Assembly: GCA_025786725.1 (NCBI GenBank)
Contig: JAHLTZ010000081.1
Coordinates: 1-32,167, forward strand
Length of the DNA: 32,167 nt
Direction: 5' to 3'
Origin: Syncephalis fuscata S228
Taxonomy: Eukaryota > Fungi > Zoopagomycota
Position 1 is the first letter of the stretch. Each line of letters starts with the position of its first letter. Made by a program: the position numbers and the translations under genes. The notes under the pieces were generated by a model. That model did not search any database and had not been told where the DNA came from. It saw only the letters and a list, made by a program, of their open reading frames with translations. Shown piece after piece: positions 13,701 to 23,127 of the stretch.

Positions 13701-14394
13701 ATACTATTTACTGATGGTACCAATTATTTAATATTAATAGAACGTAAGTGGTATTGTACATTAATTAACTATATATTAACTGTAATACTTGCTGATGATA
13801 TCAATTATTTAATGTTAATAGAATGTATGTGAAAGTTTTGTATTAGTTGGTTATGTACTAATCACATACTATTTAATGTATGCATCAACAACTTAATATT
13901 AATAGGCAGTAAGTAGCAGTGTGTATTAACTAATTATTCACTGACTATATTCATGTACTTTGTACATTAACAACTTAATATAATAGAAAGTAGGTTATAT
14001 TGTATATTAACCGACTACACACTAATCATATACCATGTATCGTGTGTATCAACGACTTAATATAATAGACAGTAAGTTGTACTGTGTATTAATTAAACAT
14101 GCACTGATTATATACCATGTACTGCGTGTTAACAACTTAATATTAATAGTTGGTAAGTAATATTATGTATTAATTGAATATGAACTAACTACGTGCTATG
14201 TAATCTATCCATAAACAAATTAATGTTAGGTGAATGTAAGTGATATTGTATATTAATTGTCTATGAGCTAATCGCATGCTATTTACTGTGTGTGTGTCAA
14301 TGACTTAATATTAATAGGCTGTAAGTAGTATTGTATATTGATGGCTTATATATTAATTATATGACATATAATATCTTTATTTGCAAATACAGGA
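10764..14394 (+). CDS. Secreted cysteine-rich peptide precursor (65 aa) encoded by 35 exons including 33 micro-exons of 3-6 nt
   Basis: Exon 1 10764-10857 encodes signal peptide + NPALVRR + one G. Micro-exon starts and sequences: 10932 ATC, 11832 GCT, 11915 GCA, 11997 AGG, 12076 ATT, 12159 GCG, 12241 TTG, 12325 GCG, 12408 GAT, 12488 GTC, 12569 GTC, 12652 ATC, 12718 AAC, 12799 AAG, 12877 GTC, 12958 CTG, 13039 ACC, 13120 ATT, 13201 CTG, 13282 ATC, 13350 GTC, 13432 CTA, 13513 GCT, 13595 GCA, 13660 AAC, 13741 AAC, 13822 AAT, 13906 GCA, 13987 AAA, 14069 ACA, 14150 TTG, 14230 GTGAAT, 14318 GCT. The last exon from 14393 (GA TAA) completes T|GA. Each micro-exon is flanked by TAG and GTAAGT/GTATGT/GTAGGT/GTAAGC/GCAAGT. 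Product: MKLSIAVICTIVVALVASTVMVDANPALVRRDRCKDCVGGCRHQQGPDHSDRPSCKQQCKNIGEC*. Confidence 0.88.
10955..11759 (-). mobile_element. ~805-bp insertion in intron 2 of the micro-exon gene, probably a non-LTR retroelement fragment
   Basis: Flanked by near-perfect 12-bp duplications TATTGTATATTA (10943-10954) and TATTATATATTA (11760-11771). TTTTATTTTTATTTT (10955-10969) is an A-rich 3' tail on the minus strand, which is strongly A/purine-rich. Removing the insert plus one TSD copy restores an 80-nt intron like its neighbours. Confidence 0.7.
11772..14392 (+). repeat. Tandem array of ~81-bp units, each a homologous intron (62-82 nt) plus a micro-exon
   Basis: Consensus approx. GTAAGTRRTATTGTATATTAAYTGA.TAT.CA(C/T)TAA(T/C)TAT...TG(T)A...CAA(C/T)(A/T)A(C/T)TTAATATTAATAG-NNN, repeated ~32 times. 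Confidence 0.95.
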
Positions 14395-15159
14395 TAATTG
14401 ATGGTTTCAAGACATCAGCATTGGTAGTGCAATCAAACCACTATTTCAATACACTTTAGGTATATATTCGGTGAAAAGCAAGACCATTTGACAACTACGC
14501 CGTCCAGTCTATTTATATATCAAGTTTTGGCCAATGCTCCGGTTTATCCAGTCTTTAACCAATGGAATCGTTATTTTAGCAACAAGCTTGCAATTAGTTG
14601 TCCTTATTCAACTGTGCAAGCTTATAGTAATAAACTTATGGTTTCATCTTAACTATATACAATCAAATTGTTATATCTATAATCATGTTTTATTGATATC
14701 TAAACATTAACGATTATTAATTAAATAGTTAAATCAACAAAAAGTATAATTACGTTGTGTTAATTACAAGCATAAGTTGATATATGTATAGCAATATTAT
14801 TATTTAAATAGCAATTTATAAATGAATATTGTAGCGATACGCATTATTAATGAAGTCAAACACATTTTTTTGCAAATATATTGTAATATAAGACATTATC
14901 TAATAAATAAATAATAATGGACTGAAGGCCGGTATTTCATTATAAGCTGGATAAATAATGTGTATATTTATATTGAGCGTGTGCTATACAATCATCCGAA
15001 TACATATGCTGAGCAATTAAAAAGACATTCCTATTTCTAGGATCACTACAATATAATACTAGATTTATTATATACTACTATATAGCTCAAAATTTATTTA
15101 AAACAGACTTTTATTTAAAATAAGGGAGTTGGTTGTAAGTAATATAATCATATGAGCTA

Positions 15160-15270
15160 CAATGCTATTGCGCATCAATTGTAGGCAATGTATGGTAAAA
15201 TGACACATTAATTGTAGGTAAATTATTACTATCAGAATAAATATGCACTCGGGTTTTCAAATATTATTTC
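15160..15270 (+). repeat. Diverged ~110-bp direct repeat, copy 2
   Basis: Similar to 8301-8411 by eye. Confidence 0.7.
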
Positions 15271-15744
15271 AAGTACTTTTACTTTAACAAACTGATTATT
15301 TTATAAATTTCTTATTGCTATTTATTTTTTAATAAAAAATTACTTTAAATGACAATACTCAAAAAAATATTTTATCTTACAAATAATGCCAAGTAATGCG
15401 AAATCAATATAAAATAATGGATAAAAATAGCTTTGATAATCAAATTAATCTGGGTCCTAAAAGATAGATTAAATGAGTTTATTAGGTTATTCAAAACAAC
15501 AGCACTGCCATTAAGAATATGTTTTACAAAGCATTAAATTTTCAACATATACAAGAATAAGCTGTATAAGACATTTGCAATTAAAGTGTTTTATTTACAA
15601 TTTAAACGTTTGTATCAATTGAGTCAACAATAACGTTTAGTACAAAACATTTAAAATATGTCTTCACATTTTACTTTTAAAATATGAATTCATTATCTCA
15701 ATAATGCATAAAACCTTAATTTACTGTTTTCAGTTTATCAACTA

Positions 15745-17713
15745 TCAAGAAGCTGATGGCCCATGAATAAGGCCGGTGTGCATGTCAATAAACCAATTTT
15801 GCCCGTTGTCTTTATCAAACATTGCACATAAGGATCCAATAAATGGGACTGGTTTCGAATTGAATGGACAATAAATTGAGCGTAATAAATCTCCATTTCG
15901 AGCATCGAATAGATCGAACATTGTATAATTCTGAGCGATGATCAGCTTTTCACTATATAATTTTGCAACAGCTGTACAGTTTATAGTTCGAGTCCATACT
16001 ATACGTCCTTGGTCAGAACTATCGATTGGCAATAACTGGCCGAGATCTCTGGCGTCAAACATTGATTGAGACAAATCTTTTGATGAAGATTTCTCCAATG
16101 CAAATAGCGATAATGAAGCTTTAAACGTGTGCATTGGATACCGCTCTTGCATTTTCCCATCATATACACTTATTAAACACATTCCTTCTGTATATGTTTC
16201 AGCCTTGATTATGGCATTCGAGCAATATGGAATGGTGATTTGATTTGATAATATTTTTTTGCACTGAGATTGGTCTTTTTGGACGTCAAATAACTCCCAT
16301 TGAACATGCATTAACCGATTGCTATTACTAAAAGCCGACAAATTTTGAGCAGTATAAGCTATATAAGTGGAGTCATACTCTATAGAGGTAGGCGCTAATG
16401 TCCATGTTAGCAATTGGCATTGGCCACTAGAAGCAAATTGAATACATGTACATGAGACATGACTGCTTAATCTTGGCCCTTCTATCCACTGTTTTCCCAC
16501 CAAGTCAAGAAAATCAAACCTTTTGTAGAGATCTTGCATACTTTTAGTTCGTAAAAGGACATGGTTGTTGTAAATGCCAACTAAACAAGATACACCATGA
16601 CCTTCCCAACTTTGACTCTTGTCCTGAAGATAAATAATATTTGGAGATAAATAGCCAGCATCGGGCCATACTATAATAGCCTCTCGCAGGCTGCTTGTTC
16701 GTTCTTTTGCGGATTCAGTAGTCGAAGCAATAGATGGAGATTTGTCTAAATTGTTAGAAACCTCAAGCTTGTTTTCTTTAATATACTCCGCTTCCATTTC
16801 AGCTAAGTTTACTATTGTCAACTACATTAGTAAATACTACCGTGGTCACTAAAACTAATAATAAAAAATTACCTATTGGGTCGCCAATAGCCACACTGTT
16901 CACGTCATCATAAGTGTCCATAGAAACATGAGCCACAATGAATTGATTTACTCCATAGACTGAGTGGGTTTGCGCTATTTTCTTGAATAAAGGCGATGCT
17001 AGAGAAGTAATCAATTCTCTTTCAATCAGCTGCTCGTCATTGTGTGTACTTTTTTGGTTAAAGAGATTGTACTGAATTGACCAAATTTTTGTTTCTTGTT
17101 TACACCACACCAATGTATACCAGCGATTTACTTCAACTAGCTCCAGCTCAGAGTATTTATCAATTGGCAAATCGCATATCCACTTTTTGAATTGACCTGC
17201 CATAAGTTTGCGGTTGATATGTCGGCGCCAGCGATAGGCGTAAAACCAATTAATGGTATCAAGGTTAGAGACGGGTGGTAAATCGCCAACACGCAATATA
17301 AGCTCATAATCATCAGTATCAATTGTTGTAATAGTATTGAAACTAAATACAGATGGTGGGTCGTCAACAGGTGATATAAGTTCATAATCAGCATCATCAG
17401 CTGTTATAACATTATATGTTGACAAATCTTCATGTGTTGTTTGGTTTACATTAAGTGAAGGCTTGTTTGATTCTTTTGCAGCATTAATGTGCCAGCTATA
17501 CCATGTAAGCCAACTTTGTTCACGCTGATCACCTAGACAAAATTTGTATCTATATTGTTGTTCCCAATAATCAGGATGATCAACTATCATTTGATGAAGA
17601 AATCGACAGCACGTGGCAAAACGTACCACATCTCGCTCTTCCATAAAATTAAACAAATGCAATAAAACATCGTAGTTTTGCCAAAAGTACTTGTTATGAA
17701 TACTTGAAGCCAT
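15745..17713 (-). CDS. F-box-like protein, copy B (~635 aa, intact)
   Basis: Exons 17713-16873 and 16811-15745, intron 16872-16812. Same N-terminal F-box-like motif as copy A. The C-terminal region has beta-propeller-like segments (FDLFDARNGDLLRSI, WFIDMHTGLI). Confidence 0.8.
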
Positions 17714-18307
17714 GGTTAACTAGAAATAGCTACGTCAAAATTGTTATATGATAGACAGAATGGACAGCAAGGAATGCAAGTAGAAAAAGGCCTTGTATGC
17801 CTTTTGAGTTGTTTTTATTCTATTTAAAGCATACCTGTTACACGACTATGTATGTCCGTTGAGGTACAACATTGTTTTTATTTGATTTATAAAATAAAGA
17901 GTGCAATTACAAAAGTGCAGTTAATTGCCAATAAAATTTAAGCAAATACTATTACCAAATATAATAAATGTAGATTATCCAGTTTTTTCCATACTAAAGA
18001 ACCATAGCTTATTTTGCAACTTGGCGATCTAATTATCAAATATATTTTAAAATAACATATTTACAAAAAAAGAGTTATCAGTTAAGGCTATTTCTTGGGA
18101 TCCATGTTAAGTAATATGCTTTCCAAATAAATGTTCTAATTAAAAAACCAAAATGCTTTATTATTATTTGTATTTACTATAAATATCAGGGCATTCATAA
18201 ACGTTGAAACTAAACCCATCACACACACAGCCTTTTAGTCTATTATTTTATAAGCACGCCAGCTAAACACCAGTATTTATAATTTATCGCTTTATCGTAT
18301 CATTAAT

Positions 18308-18499
18308 ATGAAGTTCTCTACTGCTATCATTGCCATCGCCGCTCTTTTGGTTGCCGCTGTCTTTGTCGAAACTGCACCAGGTTTCGCCAAGCCACCCATC
18401 GCTGGATCGCCATGTGTTGTCGGTGTTAGTCCGTCAGTTGGTGCTCTTGTCTGTCAAAGTAATGGTGACGGTACTAGCAGATTCGGATACCGCTACTAG
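18308..18499 (+). CDS. Small secreted peptide (63 aa, 2 Cys), intronless
   Basis: MKFSTAIIAIAALLVAAVFVETA is a typical signal peptide. GC-richer coding composition than flanks; TATAAA at ~18178 upstream. Confidence 0.8.
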   Translation: MKFSTAIIAIAALLVAAVFVETAPGFAKPPIAGSPCVVGVSPSVGALVCQSNGDGTSRFGYRY

Positions 18500-19624
18500 T
18501 TGACTACTATGTACCAATAATATTGCTGTTTATTGAAAGCATGCAACACTGTAACTTATTCAAATATTATTGGCCTCTCCACCTGTTTATATTCGGGCTT
18601 GGATACACTAATATTACTTTAATAAAATATATACAATATGCTTATCTCTAACAACTCATTGCCATATCACAAACACCAAATGTTTATAAAAATGTAATTA
18701 TATTATATGCTAGATAGGTAAAAGCTTGTAAATAGCTATCCGCATTTGATATAATATATTATTGCTAAATTATATCGTTTTACTATTTTTTTAATATTTA
18801 TTCATTTAATTATATTAAGCAAAAATATTTTACATAATTTATTTGTTACAGATTGGTTGATTATTGTAATTATTTTATTTATGGCGATAAATACTTAACG
18901 AATATAAACCTAAAATAATGGACAACATACTAATTACCAAATCAGTGCGTAAAATACGTGCCCTATTCAAGAGCAAAACTTGCAATACGATGTGAAATTG
19001 CGATGCAATGATTGTCAAAGCATACATTATTTTATATATATCAACAAAAGAGCAACACAGCAATATCGTAGTGTATGATAGCTAATAAATAAAACCAGAC
19101 TTTCTTTTTAACTGTAGTTATAATTTTATAAAACTTTTTTATTAATTTCGTGTAGTCAATAAAAATAAAATAGCAGAAATGCTATAAATATGCAAGTGAA
19201 AGTGTATGAATATCGATGATGAAGCTACAATGTACATTTTAATGATAAAAATTAATAGTTATGATAAATACAGTTAGAATTAAACAAACAGCTTTTATTA
19301 ATAGTGCGTAATTAGTAGAGGTTATGATCATATGTAATAAATAAGTCTTAATTTAATAAATAAAGCACATAATATAATGCCATTACCATGATAAATAAAA
19401 TCAATAATATAAGTATGATACTTTTATTGTAAGTAAATTATCATTCCAAAGGATTGATGGCCTTTGAAGGTTGCACAATACATATACATCCAAAATACAC
19501 GTCATGCATACGACCATTATAGATACGCATTATAATCCTCTATCTTTTAGTAAAGTATTATTGACGTGAATAATCCTTAAAAATCTAGCTACTATCCTTT
19601 TATTGCCTTGTTTACTTATGCACA

Positions 19625-21280
19625 ATGGACCATATTCCTATACTTGTTATTGGATGTGTTGCGATATTTTCTGCCAGCGACTCGCTTGTTCTGCTTTCAT
19701 GCTGCAATAAATGGCTGCGGTATTGTGTCAGTCAACAGAATAATTTTTGGTATCAGCGATATAAGCAGTATTACAATCTTGCTGATGACAATGAGATGAA
19801 ATGGCTGGCCTGGTATGTAAAGACAATACGTGCATCGAGACTGTTGACATTACAGACCAAAAAAACAATCAACATTGCACAGTTGCATAACCAGCATATC
19901 GAATGGTTTCATGCATTCTGCTATCGGCGTGCTACTGATGCAAATTGGCTTAAAGACACACCATACCCAGTTAAAGATATAGTGGAAAAGGAACCAGATA
20001 ACGCTTGTTCTATGGTATTGCAAAGAATTGCTTATCATCGAGATGAACTATCGGAATGTTTCATTGCTGAGCAGTGTCAATTAATAAGAGAAGCATTTAC
20101 TAAACGATTTTGGCGCTTGCGTAGACTATTTATGAATGATTTGGACTATATGTCGTACGCAAAACAATGCCTGATATCAGACAGATTTGTGGTGGTTATC
20201 AGTACACAAGCAAATTGCGTAAATTTTAGCCACAAAACACCATGCTTAATTTCCATTTGGCCAGTACATTTAGTCTCAACTATGCGACCACGTCAATTTT
20301 CCTGTTTATGCAGTGATGCAAGCATCCGTGGTCGTTGGATGCTAGTTAATCATATTGATTTGGAAAGCGAACAGGATTATGGATCTGATCCATTAGCAAT
20401 TACCCGCGTTTTCGATCTTGCTAACGGTCAAAGATGTATGGGCATCATTACAAAACACTATGGAGAAACATTTTTATTAAGAGTTACTGATGAGACAGCA
20501 ATTGTATTTAGTAAATCGTTGGATCGCTCGAATGCCACTGCCACTGTCACACTTAGATGGAATGTATGGGAGTTTTCAGATCGTCATATAGGATATGGGC
20601 CACGCTGTCTAATGCAAGGAGAAATCCACTTTGAGGAATTCGATGAATCTGAAATTCTTGTTAAAAAACTGGATGATACTCGAGTTCTGATTGAAAATAA
20701 CTCACATTTATCTTTTGACGAGTGGAACAAAAGTAGTGCAAATGAAATAAGTTTGGCCATGATTTCAACAGAATGCGGCCATTCAAACGTTTGCATTAAA
20801 GACGTAAATCCCATTTGGACATATAATAATTATTTTTATGGTACAGTACCGCTATTTGGTTATAAACATATTCTTGTTATATCTAAAAGAGAATGGACAG
20901 TTCACAGCATAATCGATGGCGCTATATTAGCACGCATCGATCTAGAAACTTTAAGTTCAATGCCTGCAGCTGTTCGCATGCAAGATACAATTTTTTACAA
21001 TAGCTTTTTTTCATTATACATTGGAAGATTTATTATTTACGAATCTCAATATGACGACGCATTCATAGCAATGGATTTAATTCATCCAAATCGTATTAAA
21101 AGTTTGGGCATAGAAAATTCAAATTATTTATACGAAAAATTATTTGGTCATCCCTATATTCTTACAAGATTTGACCGCCTAATTGGAAATCATTTATTAC
21201 TAAATGATACATTCGATACAAGAAACACGATGGTAGTAGTAGATAACGAAGATTATAAAATTGTAGATTTGTCATTTTAA
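19625..21280 (+). CDS. F-box-like protein, distant member of the same family as copies A and B (551 aa)
   Basis: Long intronless ORF. LVLLSCCNKWLRYCVSQQNNFWYQRYKQYYNLADDNEMKWLAWY matches VVRFATCCRFLHQMIVDHPDYWEQQYRYKFCLGDQREQSWLTWY, and WFHAFCYRR matches WFYAYRWRR. Confidence 0.75.
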   Translation: MDHIPILVIGCVAIFSASDSLVLLSCCNKWLRYCVSQQNNFWYQRYKQYYNLADDNEMKWLAWYVKTIRASRLLTLQTKKTINIAQLHNQHIEWFHAFCYRRATDANWLKDTPYPVKDIVEKEPDNACSMVLQRIAYHRDELSECFIAEQCQLIREAFTKRFWRLRRLFMNDLDYMSYAKQCLISDRFVVVISTQANCVNFSHKTPCLISIWPVHLVSTMRPRQFSCLCSDASIRGRWMLVNHIDLESEQDYGSDPLAITRVFDLANGQRCMGIITKHYGETFLLRVTDETAIVFSKSLDRSNATATVTLRWNVWEFSDRHIGYGPRCLMQGEIHFEEFDESEILVKKLDDTRVLIENNSHLSFDEWNKSSANEISLAMISTECGHSNVCIKDVNPIWTYNNYFYGTVPLFGYKHILVISKREWTVHSIIDGAILARIDLETLSSMPAAVRMQDTIFYNSFFSLYIGRFIIYESQYDDAFIAMDLIHPNRIKSLGIENSNYLYEKLFGHPYILTRFDRLIGNHLLLNDTFDTRNTMVVVDNEDYKIVDLSF

Positions 21281-21515
21281 TTTCTATTCATTCATTAAAC
21301 AACTTATACAATTATTAATATGATATATTACAGTGATCAGTGTTATACAACATGAAATTAGCCAATTAATTACTAATGCTCCAAGTCAATATACTATAAT
21401 TTATTATACTATTACCATACTTAGTTAATAAACAAAACGCATACGTATCATGATTATAAGATAAATAATAGCATTATACATATTCATTTCGACCCGTTAC
21501 ACCATATTTATTAAC

Positions 21516-23013
21516 TTAAGGCTTGGGCAAATGAGCAAGAGTACGCGAATTATCTAGAAACACTCGTACTAAATCAGAAAATACATTATTTTCATGACGA
21601 TTCATACGTTGATGTTCCCGCTGGAGTGCCGCTATATCCCATAGCTCTAGTTCTAGTTCATGAGTTGTTGTATCCTATGTGTAATAAATAGATGACAGAA
21701 AAAAGATCGTTGCAATGCTTGTTATACTACTATTGATCGTCCATTTATAGTTTACTTACTTGCCCGGTTACCACTTGTGTTAGATCAACCTGACAATGCT
21801 GATGCTTATAACTAACACGATTCTTTTTGCGTTCCATTATCCAGTCGCCACTTGGCATAGTTGATACTAATATATAAATATTATCGTGTGCTCATTAATT
21901 AGCAATTAAATACACCATCATCTATTGCTTACACTTACCTGGTACTTCCTCGTTAACAGATAGACGAAAATCAAACGGACTATTTGGTGAATAAATATGA
22001 AGATTGGCCAGTCGATTCTTTCTTAGAATACCGTTTGGCAATACTGCTTTTGTGTCCCAATCTACCGATACGCGTACTCGACCCGAACCATCTGGATAAA
22101 ATCGATCACATTCACGGGCTCGTCGATAGTTGACACGATGTCCCTAACATTGACAAATTTGATAAATTGATCAAAATGTGTAGTCTAAATCAACCTACTC
22201 GATAATGAGGTTTTTGTGTCTCTTCAACACGTCGATTCAATCTTGTATTAATACGTTGATGCCATTCCTAATTATAGTGTTATTCAGCAACACGTCATGA
22301 TTACCGCAAATTAACATATAACTTACGGCAGGCATATTTGACTCAAATCGCATCCATTTATCATCTCCAGGTGATATAACTATTAGCAATGATTTATTTT
22401 ATTGTTATTACTATCCATCAATATACAATTATCTATCTTATACTGTTGCTCTTTACCTGCTTCTGACATAACTGGTAGACGTATTCGTTGTCCCGTTTGT
22501 TTATCAAGTAATAAACCAAATTTTGCTTCAATCTATTATCATGGTTGGGCAATTGATAGTATACAATAGACTGCTGCTTACCTCGAGGTGAGGCCGTGTA
22601 ATATAACGGGCTAGAAACTCGGACACTGCGTGCAGTGTATCGTCGAAGGGACGCGTACCAAATAGTGTAGGTTCCAATACAGGTGCAAGTGCCGAGTTTG
22701 CCCCTTGTTCGCGCGCACGCTTAACTTCAACAGCTTCTGGCTTATGAGTACCGGCTGGAGGAGGGAATGCACTAGCATTCGGTACAGTCGCGTCTGCTTC
22801 AGTAGATGACCGTGTCCCTGAGCGTTGATTCTCATCGGCTGTAGCACTAGTGGATGTTGTTAATGACCGTTTTGAGCTATGACGCGCCGTCGCGTTTAAT
22901 TCATCGTCCGCTGCATCCTCAACCTCTGAGCGCGACCGTTTATGCGAAGAAGAGTCGTTACTCTTTGTATCTTCCTCATTACTCGTCGCTGTTGGTAATG
23001 TCAAATCTGACAT
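21516..23013 (-). CDS. CET1: mRNA-capping RNA triphosphatase (Cet1/Ctl1, CYTH/TTM family)
   Basis: Spliced product contains PHLEIEAKFG (ExExK motif A), RIRLPVMSE, RVRVSVD, YSPNSPFDFRLSVNEE, ERKKNRVSY, VDLTQV and HELELE (motif C). Confidence 0.9.
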
Positions 23014-23127
23014 GGTATAAAATTAAAGTGTATTAATTAAATGTTAATTATATCAATTTGGTTTTAATAGTATTATTTATTGTCATCATCATCGTTATAA
23101 TCATCGTTCATGTCATTTAGTTATCTT

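Noticed and set aside
10932-14320. Reading micro-exons as whole codons (IAARIALADVVINKVLTILIVLAANNNAKTLVNA)
   Set aside because: Exon 1 ends one base into a codon (CGT CGT G|GTATGT), forcing phase 1. That frame gives the regular Cys pattern and the stop at the final junction.
11772-14392. CRISPR array or plain minisatellite
   Set aside because: Eukaryotic context and no cas genes. The variable part is only 3 nt, the conserved parts are splice signals, and the variable triplets concatenate into a coherent ORF.
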